Below are positions 1-9,874 of a stretch of 64,000 nt of DNA, piece by piece. Source of the stretch: a virus (lineage: Duplodnaviria > Heunggongvirae > Uroviricota > Caudoviricetes); the IMG/VR virus record IMGVR_UViG_3300011972_000167; one strand, given 5' to 3'. A program made the position numbers and the translations under genes. Numbering within the stretch: the first letter of the stretch is position 1; each line of letters opens with the position of its first letter. A model generated the notes under the pieces. The model made no database searches and was not told the DNA's origin. It saw nothing but the letters and a program-made list of their open reading frames with translations.

Positions 1-1
1 T

Positions 2-1375
2 GTAGTTTATGAGTTTTTAAGTTCTTTAGGTTTAAGTGGCTGTATAAAGCCCGTTATAAATAAAGATAAAGTTCATGGTTTAAGTGAAAAACATATTGAT
101 TATATAAACAATAAAGTAAAGCCTGATTTATTTATTATAGTGGATAGTAGCTCAAGTGATATTAATATTATAAAGCAGTTTAATTGTGATGTATTAGTGT
201 TAGACCATCATAAAATAGATTATGACAGAATAGGAAATATTGATACTGAACATTTATACTATGGCAATACCTCTAAAGGGGTATATTATATCATTAATAA
301 TATAATAAGTAATTTATCTCCTGATATGAGCGGCTGTCAGGTTTGTTATGAATTTTTCAGAAACATGGAGGTTAATTTAGGTTTATCAGAGAAAAGTATA
401 TTAAAATCAAAGTTTTTATATCAGATAGTAGGGGTTACCTTGTTTTCTGATGCTGTAAAGCTTAATAATTTGAGGAATCAGTGGTATATACAGTCTACAC
501 TATGTAATTTTGAAATGAACATTACATTAAAAACTTTAATGAACAATATAAATAAGTATAATAAGTACTTAACCAAGACTTTTATACAATTTAAGCTAGT
601 GCCTTTGTTTAATAAGGCTATACGAGCAGGCTATTCTTCTATTGCATTAGATATATTCTTAAATAAACCCTCTAAAATAAATGCTTTATTAGAATTAGGT
701 ATAGATACAATACAAAAAGAAGTATTAAATTCTAATTCAGAGAATTGCAGTTTATATGGAAATATGGTTATATCTAATTTAGGCTTAACAGATACAAGTA
801 CTAATTATTCAGGTGTGATAGCTCAAAGATTAGTAGACACATTTAGAAAAAGTAGTATAGCTTTCAGATTAAGTGGAGATATTTATAAGGGAAGTTTCAG
901 GGGATTATACAGTTTAGATTATAATAAGGCTTTAGTAGATTCTGGAATAAAATGTGCTGGACATTCAAGTGCTTTCGGAATAGAGTTTACTAAAGAAAGT
1001 TTTCCTACAATACAATCTGTTGTAGATAAGTTAGAGTCTAACATAGATAATTATAAAGATGCATTTATATCCATAGAATGTAGTGGAGGTGAAATAGAAT
1101 TAACTAAGAAAGAGTTTGATGACTTAAAGAGTATAGGGGGTTTATGGGATATTGCTAAGATAAATAAGAATATATCCTCTTATGAACAGTTATTAATTAA
1201 AATACCTAAAAAATTACTAGATTTAGATACAAATGCAAAGATTAGTGATAAATTTAAGGCATATAAGTTTTATGGTAACAGGAGCGTATCGTTTGATAGT
1301 TACTTAACTGATTATGTTAAGTTGTATTGTGAATATACCGATGGAATTGATATTTTTATAAGGAACTTGTATTAA
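2..1375 (+). CDS. DHH-family phosphoesterase (RecJ/NrnA-like), 5' partial because the reading frame is open to the window start
   Basis: DHH motifs: DLFIIVDSS (motif I, in the in-frame extension upstream of the first ATG), VLVLDHHKID (motif III), and a DHHA1-like GHSSAFG near the C-terminus. No stop between position 2 and 140. Confidence 0.55.
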   Translation, partial: VVYEFLSSLGLSGCIKPVINKDKVHGLSEKHIDYINNKVKPDLFIIVDSSSSDINIIKQFNCDVLVLDHHKIDYDRIGNIDTEHLYYGNTSKGVYYIINNIISNLSPDMSGCQVCYEFFRNMEVNLGLSEKSILKSKFLYQIVGVTLFSDAVKLNNLRNQWYIQSTLCNFEMNITLKTLMNNINKYNKYLTKTFIQFKLVPLFNKAIRAGYSSIALDIFLNKPSKINALLELGIDTIQKEVLNSNSENCSLYGNMVISNLGLTDTSTNYSGVIAQRLVDTFRKSSIAFRLSGDIYKGSFRGLYSLDYNKALVDSGIKCAGHSSAFGIEFTKESFPTIQSVVDKLESNIDNYKDAFISIECSGGEIELTKKEFDDLKSIGGLWDIAKINKNISSYEQLLIKIPKKLLDLDTNAKISDKFKAYKFYGNRSVSFDSYLTDYVKLYCEYTDGIDIFIRNLY

Positions 1376-1463
1376 TAAGATAGTATAAATTAAGTCTTAT
1401 TTATGTTGCTTGTATTGTTATATAAGTGATTAAGAAATTAAAATAAATAGAAAGGCAAGTACT

Positions 1464-2333
1464 ATGAAATTATTTAATAATTCTAAAAATAAGAATAGAG
1501 AAAACGGTATGTATAACACTAATATCAATAAAGGTAAGAGTTTTATGCCTATTGCTACTGTGTGTGCAGTTACTGTAGTTGCTATGGCTTGGGTAGGTTT
1601 TACAGGCAGAAAAGCTGAAGAAACTGTTAGTGTTGTAATGATAAAAGAGCCAATGTATAAAAATGAAGTCCTAACAGAAGATAATATGATGGAATACAAA
1701 ATGATTAGGGCTGAATATGATAAGTATGCCATTAAAAGAAGTGATGGTACTATATCTCAAAGATTGATACTCTGGAAAGACAAAGAAAAGGCTATAAATA
1801 CTTTCGCAGCTTATCCGTTACAAAAAGAAAGTTTATTAGAGGCTAGGAGTCTTATTGTAAGTAGGGTAGATAATACTGATAGCGTATTATATGCTTTTCC
1901 GAGTAAAGAGATAGTAGAATTGGAAGTAGGTGGAAGTGAGCTAAACTCCTTTAAGACTTTCTTACAGCCTGGAGATAGGGTCAATGTTGATGCTATATTC
2001 TCTGAGCGTATACAAAGGGAAAAAAGTGATGGATATGGTGGAACTGTTATGGAAGATGTGGAAGTAAGTAAGACAGAGCCTGTTTTCACCAGTATTATGA
2101 TAGCTGATATTATAAATGGACAAGGACAGTCAGTATTAGATATTTACCAAAAATATAATAATGCAACTGTTCAAGAGCAAGCAGCGCTTGATGCTTCAGA
2201 TGAGTTTAGACAGCAAACAGAGCCTAAGACATTGTTAGTTGCTTTAACTCCAGATGAAAAGGATAGATATTATCAGTTTTTATCTAAGAACAATAATAAG
2301 TTTAGAATCAGTTTACCTCAAAGAATTAAATAG
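1464..2333 (+). CDS. Hypothetical membrane-anchored protein (single N-terminal TM)
   Basis: 289-aa ORF with an RBS-like AAAGG upstream and an N-terminal hydrophobic segment IATVCAVTVVAMAWVGF. No recognisable catalytic motif. Confidence 0.4.
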   Translation: MKLFNNSKNKNRENGMYNTNINKGKSFMPIATVCAVTVVAMAWVGFTGRKAEETVSVVMIKEPMYKNEVLTEDNMMEYKMIRAEYDKYAIKRSDGTISQRLILWKDKEKAINTFAAYPLQKESLLEARSLIVSRVDNTDSVLYAFPSKEIVELEVGGSELNSFKTFLQPGDRVNVDAIFSERIQREKSDGYGGTVMEDVEVSKTEPVFTSIMIADIINGQGQSVLDIYQKYNNATVQEQAALDASDEFRQQTEPKTLLVALTPDEKDRYYQFLSKNNNKFRISLPQRIK

Positions 2334-2962
2334 TTTATAGGAGGACATATTTTATGGGAAAACTAACAGTTATATAAAATATTATTAAATATAGTTAAAT
2401 TTATATAATTGTACAAATAGAAAACCCCCTTCATTTGGAAACAAGTGAAGTGCTTTGTGTTAAAACTAGGAAACCATAAAGATTAGCTATACTACAACAT
2501 AATCCAAAAGATAAGTGTGAATGTTGCGAAAGCAGAAAAAAATAGCTAATATGACCTATGCTGAAATAAAAGCATACTGTATATAGATTTTAGAATAAAT
2601 AGTGACCACTATAATACAGTATGTGCTAAGGGTACATCAGTTGAAGCTAAAAATAATAACTGATTATTTTAATTGGTATTTAGTTGCGAAACTCTATTAA
2701 AAGAGTACGCCCAACGACTAGGAGATTGAGTCTCCCCCTGTAAATAAGGGATAACCGTGATAACGGAAAAGTAAAACTGCAAGCAATATAAGTGACAAGT
2801 TCTTTATAAAAATGGCAGAAGAAAAATACAACATCGTGAATTAAAATTCAAGGTGAACATATAGTCTACGCTTATACGAAAGTATAAGAGGTCTGCTAGT
2901 GATAGTAAGACTGCATTAGAAGTTGCGTTCTAATGTGAATAGGGAAAATCTACTTAAATATA

Positions 2963-2991
2963 TTGAAATTTATTTTAATATGTGTTATAAT
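2963..2991 (+). promoter_or_regulatory. sigma-A-like promoter for tnpA (copy 1)
   Basis: TTGAAA - 17 nt - TATAAT about 25 nt upstream of the RBS GAGGTG and the ATG at 3016. Confidence 0.45.
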
Positions 2992-3015
2992 AACCCTTGA
3001 AAGTGAGGTGAAATT

Positions 3016-3630
3016 ATGGCACTGATGTCAATAGGAAAATTTGCTAAAGAAATAGGTTTAAGTGTTCAGCATTTAAGAAAGCTTCATGAAGATAATATTT
3101 TAGCTCCTGCTGTAATAACTAAAGGTGGAACTAGGTATTATTCAGATGAACAACTTTCAGAATACTTAAATAAAGATAACAAACCACAACAATTACCTAT
3201 TATACTGTATGCAAGGGTTTCCACTCGAAGTCAAAAAGATGATTTAGATGGACAGGTGGAAAATCTAAAATTGTATGCAATTTCAAAAGGCTATTCTTTT
3301 GAAATAATAACTGATATAGGTAGTGGTATCGATTATACTAAACATGGATTAAAGCAGTTAATTCAGAAAATAAACAATAAAGAGATATCTAAAATAGTAG
3401 TTCTTTATAAAGATAGGCTTATTAGATTTGGTTTTGAATTGATTGAATATCTTTGTGAACTTAATAATGTAGGTATAGAAATAATTGATAACACAACTAT
3501 ATCAAAAGAAACTGAGCTAACAAATGATTTAATTCAAATTATTACTGTATTTGCTAACAGATTGTATGGATCTAGGTCTAAAAAGACATTAAGATTAATA
3601 CAAGAGGTGAAATCAAATGGTAATCATTAA
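3016..3630 (+). CDS. tnpA: IS607-family TnpA: MerR-like HTH fused to serine recombinase (resolvase) catalytic domain
   Basis: N-terminal HTH (SIGKFAKEIGLSVQHLRKL). Resolvase motifs YARVSTRSQ (catalytic Ser), and GSGIDYTKHGL / LIRFGFELIEYLC, shared with the paralog at 34.8 kb. Overlaps downstream tnpB. Confidence 0.75.
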   Translation: MALMSIGKFAKEIGLSVQHLRKLHEDNILAPAVITKGGTRYYSDEQLSEYLNKDNKPQQLPIILYARVSTRSQKDDLDGQVENLKLYAISKGYSFEIITDIGSGIDYTKHGLKQLIQKINNKEISKIVVLYKDRLIRFGFELIEYLCELNNVGIEIIDNTTISKETELTNDLIQIITVFANRLYGSRSKKTLRLIQEVKSNGNH

Positions 3631-4735
3631 AGGATATAAAATTAGATTATTACCTACTTTAGAACAAGAAATACTTATAAAAAAATCAATAGATGTTTCA
3701 AGGTTTGTTTATAACTGGTGTCTAAATAAACAGCTTAGTTCTGATAAATTTATTAGAGATAACGAATTAAGAAAAGAATTAACTAAATTAAAACGAACAG
3801 ACAGTTACTATTGGTTAAATGAAGTAGGTTGTAATGTAATAAAACAATCAGCAAAAGATTTATGTAATACTTACAAGAAATTTTTTAATAAACTATCTAA
3901 TAAACCAAGGTTTAAGAAAAAGGGTGTTCATAATTCATTTTATGTTAATTATGAAACTATGAAAAAGACTAAGCATGGTGTTAGGTGTGAAAAAATAGGT
4001 GATATTAAAACATCTGAAAGATTGCCTAAACTTATACAAGATAAACATTATATGAATCCTCATATAGTTTTTGATGGAAAATATTACTACATAACTTTTA
4101 GTATAGAAATAAATATAGAACTAAAAGAAAATACATCAAAAATTATAGGCATAGATTTAGGAATAAAATCATTTGCAGTATGCTCAGATGGTACTTTTTA
4201 TAAAAATATAAATAAAACGCATACAGTAAAAAAGTTAAATAAAAAATTAAGAAGATTACAACGATGTGTTAGTAAAAAATACCTTAAGAATAAGATGGGT
4301 AATAAATTTATAAAAACAACGAATATTATAAAACTTGAACATAAAATAAAACTTATACATAGAAGAATAAAAAATATTCGTGAAAATTATATTCATCAAA
4401 TAACATCTCACTTGGTGAAAACCAAACCAAGCAGAATAGTTATAGAAGATTTGAATATAAAAGGAATGTTAAAAAACAAGCATTTATCAAAAGCTATTGC
4501 TGAACAGTGCTTTTATAAGTTTATAAGTGTTTTAGGATATAAATGTGATTGGAATAATATAGAACTTTTAAAGGCAGATAGATTTTATCCCTCAAGTAAA
4601 AAATGTTCTTGTTGTGGAAATATTAAAAAAGATTTGAAACTTAAAGACAGAATTTACAGATGTGGTTTTTGTAGTTTAATAATAGATAGAGACTTTAATG
4701 CAAGTCTAAATTTAGCAAATTATAAATTAGCATAA
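3617..4735 (+). CDS. tnpB: TnpB (IS605/IS607 OrfB family RuvC-like RNA-guided nuclease)
   Basis: N-terminal KIRLLPTLEQ...RFVYNWCLN. RuvC-I IGIDLGIKSFAVCSDG. RuvC-II IVIEDLNIKGMLKN. C4 zinc finger CSCCG...CGFC. RuvC-III DRDFNASLNLAN. Confidence 0.85.
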   Translation: MVIIKGYKIRLLPTLEQEILIKKSIDVSRFVYNWCLNKQLSSDKFIRDNELRKELTKLKRTDSYYWLNEVGCNVIKQSAKDLCNTYKKFFNKLSNKPRFKKKGVHNSFYVNYETMKKTKHGVRCEKIGDIKTSERLPKLIQDKHYMNPHIVFDGKYYYITFSIEINIELKENTSKIIGIDLGIKSFAVCSDGTFYKNINKTHTVKKLNKKLRRLQRCVSKKYLKNKMGNKFIKTTNIIKLEHKIKLIHRRIKNIRENYIHQITSHLVKTKPSRIVIEDLNIKGMLKNKHLSKAIAEQCFYKFISVLGYKCDWNNIELLKADRFYPSSKKCSCCGNIKKDLKLKDRIYRCGFCSLIIDRDFNASLNLANYKLA

Positions 4736-4885
4736 AGTTAAAATTAAAAACAATGCTAATATGTACCGTTCGATACACGGGAATTTAAGCCTTTGGAGAG
4801 TTATATCAAACTAAAGTAGCTTTTTAGCAAAATAGGACTCTGTGAACAAGGAAGTTTTAATCGTGAGATGAAACATAGTAAAAAT
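4736..4885 (+). ncRNA. Putative TnpB omega-RNA / right-end structured region of IS607 copy 1
   Basis: Directly 3' of tnpB. Sequence blocks are conserved with the equivalent position of copy 2 (36592-36735) even though the two proteins are only about 50% identical. Ends with ATGAAACATA at 4868-4877. Confidence 0.35.
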
Positions 4886-5077
4886 TGACATTGATTTATA
4901 TTTAAGTAAATTTTTCGTATCGGTTTAGATGATATAATAGAGAAAGCCATAGTTACAGAAGATAGTGGTAATGATATCAGAGAAACTGCTAAGAAAGTTA
5001 CTAAAGGCATAGTAACTGAAATAAGCGGAAAAGATAATAATGTTATTAAGCCTGTTATAAATAATGTTATAGGTTTT

Positions 5078-5812
5078 ATGTCTGCTGGAGGTGGGGCAGG
5101 GGCAAGTACTATAGTAGCTAATACAGCTAAATTAATAAAGAAAAAGGGTTTATCTGTAGCTATAGTGGATTTGAATATAGTTTATCCGAGTCAGCATTTA
5201 TATTTTTCCATACCACAGGAGTTGGGTAGAAATGATATCTATAGTTTAATGTCAGGTAAGTCAGAACTAGGAGCAAGTTTAGTATACTCTAGTGATATAG
5301 CTTTGTTATTAGCAAATAATCGTGGAATAGTTGATTATATAAATGGAGATGATAAATATTTTTCAGCTAACCTTGAAAAAGCAATAGATAATTTAAGTTA
5401 TCGTTTTGATGTAGTTTTGATTGATTGTCCTTTGGATGTTTCTAATAGCTATGTAAATGCATCCTTATACAAGATAGATACATTATATTTAGTTATAGAT
5501 GATGGTGTTCAATCAATTATAAATGTACCAAAGATAAGAAATGCTTTTGACAGATTCGGTATAGGTTTTGGAAAGTGTAAATTTATAATGAACAAGAGAA
5601 CCAGTAATTTTTATAATGAGAGCAATCTAAATAAGGCTGGTATTAAATTAATTGAGATTATACCTTTTGATTTAGGTATAATAACATCAGGATTAAGATG
5701 TGAATTATATGTAGATAAGGGAATTGGTGTAGACAAGACTAGTAAAGAAGTTGAGAAAGCTTTTAATAGTTTATGTGAAAAAATACTAAGTATAGGGGGA
5801 TATAAGAAGTAA
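5078..5812 (+). CDS. CpaE/TadZ-like MinD/ParA-fold ATPase (ATPase domain only; N-terminus uncertain)
   Basis: Deviant P-loop VIGFMSAGGGAGASTIVANTA straddling the annotated ATG. MinD-like LIDCPLD (Walker B-like). Position is immediately 5' of cpaF as in tad loci. In-frame ORF is open back to 4910 without a canonical start codon. Confidence 0.5.
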   Translation: MSAGGGAGASTIVANTAKLIKKKGLSVAIVDLNIVYPSQHLYFSIPQELGRNDIYSLMSGKSELGASLVYSSDIALLLANNRGIVDYINGDDKYFSANLEKAIDNLSYRFDVVLIDCPLDVSNSYVNASLYKIDTLYLVIDDGVQSIINVPKIRNAFDRFGIGFGKCKFIMNKRTSNFYNESNLNKAGIKLIEIIPFDLGIITSGLRCELYVDKGIGVDKTSKEVEKAFNSLCEKILSIGGYKK

Positions 5813-7306
5813 ATGAAACCTAGTGATTATTTAGAGTTATCCTCTAAAAGAGATGTTAAGAAGAACTTTATATCTGATAATAATGACCAGACTAAAAATA
5901 TAGATTTTGTAGTTAGCGAGTGTAGAAAGTTCCTCAACCTTAACGCCTATGAATACTCCAATAAAACTGGAGATGAAAAAAAGGCAATGCTACAAAACCT
6001 TATAAATAAATTTATAGAGAACATAAATTATAAGGTAAGTGGTTTTGTAACATCAGACGGAAAGTTAAATGTCAATGAGTTATTAAATAAATTATCCCAA
6101 GACATTACGGATTATGGTATTTTATCCGCTGCTATGTATGATGATGAAATATCAGAGATACAAATAAACGGCAAAGAGATTAAGGTAGAGAGAAGAGGAA
6201 GAATAGAAGATTACAGAGATAGTTCTGATAGAATTTTATCTTTCAGCTCTACAGAGCAACAGGATGTAGTATTTAAGCGTTTATTAGGAGATACAAGACT
6301 ATCACCTAAGGATGCAATTTCAAATGCAAGAACAGTTGAGGGTTATCGTATAGCCGCTGTTCATCATAGTGTTATAGCTATGGATACCTTGGTTTCTTCA
6401 AATAACGGTTATAATTATGCTGTTATTCGTAAGTTTAGAAAGCAGAAAATGCCAATACAGCAATTAGTTAAGTATGAAACTATGAGTGATAACATGGCAA
6501 AGTTTCTTGGAACTATGATAGAGGGCGGTTCTACTTTCTTAACAGTTGGACAAACTGCTTCAGGTAAGACCACAACCAATCAATGTATTTTGGATACAGT
6601 TCCAAGTGATTTAAGAACTATACTTATACAGAATCCATCAGAGATTGACCTTGCAAGAAGAGATAGTACAGGCAGAGTTACAAACAATGTTGTCCATTTT
6701 GAGGCAAGGAGCATAGAAAATCCTACTGAAGCAGACCCTACAATGGAGAACTTTATGAACCAGTCCTTGAGATTTTCTCCAACCTTTATATCCTTTGGTG
6801 AGTTAAGATTGGATTCAGAGTTTACTAGGGCTATGGCAGCGGCATTGGCTGGACACTCTTTTAATTGCACCTTCCATGCTGGTAGTAGTTATGGTGCTAT
6901 GCTAAGATATGCTACAGCTTATGAAACTGGTTCTGGAAGTAATAGAGAAACAGTTATGATAAACTTAACAAGCTATGTTAATTTTATTATAGTTCAAGAT
7001 ATAATGAGAGATGGCACTCGTAAGATACTTCAAATAACTGAAGTTTTAGGAACTAAGAAAGATGATAGGGCTGAACCAGACTTAAATGATTTATACATTT
7101 TTGATGTAGGAGAAACTGATTATGATGAGAATGGCAAAATAATTAAGATAAATGGTACTCATAAGAGAGTAGGAAAGTTATCAGATGCTACTGTTCGTAA
7201 GTTTAAGTTACATGGAGTTAATCCCGATAAATATTCTTTCTTGTTAGGTGATGTTACAGATGACGAAGTAGAAACTTATACGGGAGACTTTGAGTTTGGG
7301 AGGTAG
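5813..7306 (+). CDS. cpaF: CpaF/TadA-type secretion ATPase (VirB11/GspE superfamily)
   Basis: Walker A GQTASGKTT. Asp/His-box region ILIQNPSEID and FISFGELRLDSE (equivalent to RIIVGEVR). Start overlaps the upstream stop (TAAATG). Confidence 0.75.
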   Translation: MKPSDYLELSSKRDVKKNFISDNNDQTKNIDFVVSECRKFLNLNAYEYSNKTGDEKKAMLQNLINKFIENINYKVSGFVTSDGKLNVNELLNKLSQDITDYGILSAAMYDDEISEIQINGKEIKVERRGRIEDYRDSSDRILSFSSTEQQDVVFKRLLGDTRLSPKDAISNARTVEGYRIAAVHHSVIAMDTLVSSNNGYNYAVIRKFRKQKMPIQQLVKYETMSDNMAKFLGTMIEGGSTFLTVGQTASGKTTTNQCILDTVPSDLRTILIQNPSEIDLARRDSTGRVTNNVVHFEARSIENPTEADPTMENFMNQSLRFSPTFISFGELRLDSEFTRAMAAALAGHSFNCTFHAGSSYGAMLRYATAYETGSGSNRETVMINLTSYVNFIIVQDIMRDGTRKILQITEVLGTKKDDRAEPDLNDLYIFDVGETDYDENGKIIKINGTHKRVGKLSDATVRKFKLHGVNPDKYSFLLGDVTDDEVETYTGDFEFGR

Positions 7307-7313
7307 ATAGTTT

Positions 7314-8309
7314 ATGGGTTCAATAAATAAAGCTTTAACTACTACTAGCGGTGTAACAGTAAGTGCATTATTGATAATAGCTCTTGCGGCTTTGTTTTAT
7401 ATATTTTACATATTAAAGTTTCGACCTGGCGATTGGTTAACTGGTTTAGCTAAACTTATATTAAAGATTACTGGTAAGAATATAAATAAAGCAGAAAGAG
7501 ACTATGAAAGAAACCTTGAGATTGGAAGATATAAGCAAAAATCAGTAAGAGTAAAAGTCTATAAGTTTTTGAATGATTTAACTATAGACTTAGACCTTAA
7601 GGCATCTGGATATACTCCTTATACTTTATTATTTTTTATAGTTGCTGTTAGTGTTGTTATAGCTTTTATTGTAAGTAATATTGTATTTAGAAATTTGTGG
7701 TTATTTATTTTTGCTTTTCCTATTGTTTTTGCTGCTATAGCTTGTTTCTTATACACTAGGGCTAATATAGCACATGATAGCCGTATAGATGATGTTATAG
7801 CTTCTGAAAATATTATAAGTAACAATGTTAGTAAGGGAGTTGTAGTTTCTATAAGAATGAATTTAGATAGTTTTCCTATCAAATTACAGCCTGTTTTCAG
7901 AGAGTTTGTAGATAGTGTTGAAACAAGAAATACTCATGTTAGGACAGCTTTGCTTGAATTAGGAAGTAACCTAGGTTCTGTATCTGATGACTTTATTCAA
8001 AAGTGTATAACATTTGAATTAGAAGAGGAGCATGGTTTAGTAGGTATATTTAATGATGTTGTAGAAGTTAATAGCATTAAGAGTGAGTTTAGGATTTATA
8101 TGAAGCGTAAGTTTGAAGAGGTTATGTTTGAGTTTATTATGGGATTAGGAATGATATTCTTTTTCCTTGGTGGTATTATAGCCTTATATCCTATGCTACA
8201 GAAATTTTATTTTGTTAATATTTTCGGTCAGATATTGTTATTACTAGATGGGCTTTTAATAGTCGCCGAGTTTGTTTATATAACATATCTAAGAGCACAA
8301 GAGTTATAG
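7314..8309 (+). CDS. tadB: TadB-like polytopic inner-membrane platform protein (T2SS-F-like)
   Basis: 331 aa with TM helices at the N-terminus, middle and C-terminus. Position directly after cpaF and translationally coupled. Confidence 0.5.
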   Translation: MGSINKALTTTSGVTVSALLIIALAALFYIFYILKFRPGDWLTGLAKLILKITGKNINKAERDYERNLEIGRYKQKSVRVKVYKFLNDLTIDLDLKASGYTPYTLLFFIVAVSVVIAFIVSNIVFRNLWLFIFAFPIVFAAIACFLYTRANIAHDSRIDDVIASENIISNNVSKGVVVSIRMNLDSFPIKLQPVFREFVDSVETRNTHVRTALLELGSNLGSVSDDFIQKCITFELEEEHGLVGIFNDVVEVNSIKSEFRIYMKRKFEEVMFEFIMGLGMIFFFLGGIIALYPMLQKFYFVNIFGQILLLLDGLLIVAEFVYITYLRAQEL

Positions 8310-8313
8310 GAGG

Positions 8314-9387
8314 GTGTCAATGGTTTCAAATAATTTAATTATATTAGCCTCTGCTGTAGGTAATTATGGTATAAACAATAGTAATGACATTAATATAGGT
8401 GATAGTTTCAAGTATGAGTACTTCAATCCTATCACATTAAAGTTATTAAACAATTACGGATTTATAAAAATTCTTGTAGCTATAATACTTATAGTATTAG
8501 CCTTTCTTATAATAAAAAATATGATGGGAATACGAAGTATATTTACATCAAAGGCTGTCAGGACAGAGATAGACAACTATAATAACCTTAGAGATAGGGA
8601 TAGTAGAATACTCCATGCTAACAAGTTTATTAGGGGAATAACGGGGTTTATAACAAAAAAAGGTTTTAGAGTAAATCCAGCTTATAAAGAGTACTTTCAG
8701 TATAATTTAGATAGAGCAAATGTCAGGATACCTGGCGGAAGTAGGATATATACTCCTGATGAATTTAACAGCTTAAAAGTGTTGTTTATTTGTTTAGTAA
8801 TACTTATAAGTTTATTAGTTTCTTGGTTTATATCTCCATTCTTTGGTTTTATATTAGCTGTTGTAGTTGGTTCTGCTATAAATATACTTCCAATGATGAT
8901 TATAAGACGAATAGTAGCAGCTAAGGACAGTGAGATAAGAGAAGATTTTCCAGACTTGTATTTGATGATACATTATGAAATAATGAGCGGTGCAAAAACT
9001 CCATTAGCTAAGGCTTTTACTTCTTACAGAAGAGTTACAGACTCCATAGAAATGTTAAAGTTTGTAGATACATCTATAAATATGTTTGAAACTTATGGAG
9101 ATGAAGAGGCTGCCACTAGAATAGCTAAGATTTATAGAGAAATACCTGAAGTTACTAGGTTAATGCGTCTTATAAATCAGTTACATACTGGTGGAGATGT
9201 TAAAAAAGAGTTAAACGGATTTAGGGAACAGATAATAAAGGATAAAAAGTACAGATTAGAGGTTAAAATGAATAAGTTAATTATTAAGGCTAAGATGTCA
9301 TTTTATCTAAGCTATATTGTTTTAGCCCAAGCAATTATAAGTGCTATGGCTTTATTTTTCCCAGATTTGAATTTCTTTAGGCTATAA
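8314..9387 (+). CDS. tadC: TadC-like polytopic inner-membrane platform protein
   Basis: 357 aa with three hydrophobic blocks and a cytoplasmic domain between them. Paralogous architecture to the preceding gene, as in tadB/tadC pairs. Confidence 0.5.
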   Translation: MSMVSNNLIILASAVGNYGINNSNDINIGDSFKYEYFNPITLKLLNNYGFIKILVAIILIVLAFLIIKNMMGIRSIFTSKAVRTEIDNYNNLRDRDSRILHANKFIRGITGFITKKGFRVNPAYKEYFQYNLDRANVRIPGGSRIYTPDEFNSLKVLFICLVILISLLVSWFISPFFGFILAVVVGSAINILPMMIIRRIVAAKDSEIREDFPDLYLMIHYEIMSGAKTPLAKAFTSYRRVTDSIEMLKFVDTSINMFETYGDEEAATRIAKIYREIPEVTRLMRLINQLHTGGDVKKELNGFREQIIKDKKYRLEVKMNKLIIKAKMSFYLSYIVLAQAIISAMALFFPDLNFFRL

Positions 9388-9487
9388 AGCTATAAAACTA
9401 GAATTTAAGAACTGGTTTAAGTTTATTAGGTATAAGAGTAAATAAGATAAAATACTCTTGATACACAGTATATAGGAGGAAAATAAA

Positions 9488-9748
9488 TTGAAAAAGATAT
9501 TCATAGGGCTTATTACAGCGGCTGTAATGGTAACAATAGGTTACATATCACTAAGAATTATATTGCCAAATACTTATATGTCAATGACTAATGCTATTGA
9601 AAAAGGCATTAAGAGCGGTACAGGTATTGCATTTGACCTTAACGGAGATGGTCAGATTGGTACTGGAGCAATGCCAAATACTGGTGCTTTAGATAATAAG
9701 GCTAAACAAGGTGATAATACTGTTACAGGATTAGATGGTTTACATTAA
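9488..9748 (+). CDS. Small pilin-like / secreted protein (TTG start)
   Basis: 86 aa with an N-terminal hydrophobic helix ITAAVMVTIGYISLRIILP. RBS AGGAGG at 8-nt spacing. Followed by a strong terminator. Sits where flp lies in tad loci, but lacks a canonical G/XXXXEY motif. Confidence 0.35.
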   Translation: MKKIFIGLITAAVMVTIGYISLRIILPNTYMSMTNAIEKGIKSGTGIAFDLNGDGQIGTGAMPNTGALDNKAKQGDNTVTGLDGLH

Positions 9749-9813
9749 TTTTTAAGATGTAACCTATTAAATCAACTTAGGCTACAACCGATTGTTGTTA
9801 GTCTATATAAACT

Positions 9814-9848
9814 TAGGCTACAATACACCATTGTAGCCTATTTTAATT
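9814..9848 (+). terminator. Rho-independent terminator after the pilin-like gene
   Basis: TAGGCTACAAT-ACACC-ATTGTAGCCTA (11-bp perfect stem) followed by TTTTAATT. A second imperfect hairpin lies just upstream (9788-9810). Confidence 0.6.
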
Positions 9849-9874
9849 CTATTTAATATAGGAGGTTACGGATT

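Larger units (their letters stand above)
2950..4885 (+). mobile_element. IS607-family insertion sequence, copy 1 (tnpA serine recombinase + tnpB); boundaries approximate
   Basis: MerR-HTH/serine-recombinase ORF overlaps (14 nt) a TnpB ORF. The 3' non-coding tail shares the motifs ATATGTACCG ... CGGGAATTTAMGCCTWTGGAGAG ... AAATAGGA ... ATGAAACATA with the second copy at 36.6 kb. Left-flank similarity begins near TAAATATATT. Confidence 0.6.

Noticed and set aside
1430-1732. Minus-strand 100-aa ORF and the other minus-strand ORFs in the track (e.g. 1811-2089, 4801-5010, 6580-6870, 7619-7882, 13915-14205, 43464-43655, 43785-43973, 57958-58272)
   Set aside because: All are antisense to well-supported + strand genes, lack RBSs, and translate to low-complexity, hydrophobic or Ser-rich strings (the 43.4-43.9 kb ones are simply the antisense of the acidic repeat). 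They have no independent support.
2750-2760. Shared 10-mer GGATAACCGT at 2750 and 23036, considered as evidence of a related element end
   Set aside because: It is a single short match with no extended similarity on either side, so it is most likely chance.
9388-9487. Sigma-A promoter immediately upstream of the pilin-like gene
   Set aside because: Candidate hexamers (TTGATA ... TATATA) have impossible spacing, so no convincing -35/-10 pair was found. Expression may come from upstream read-through.
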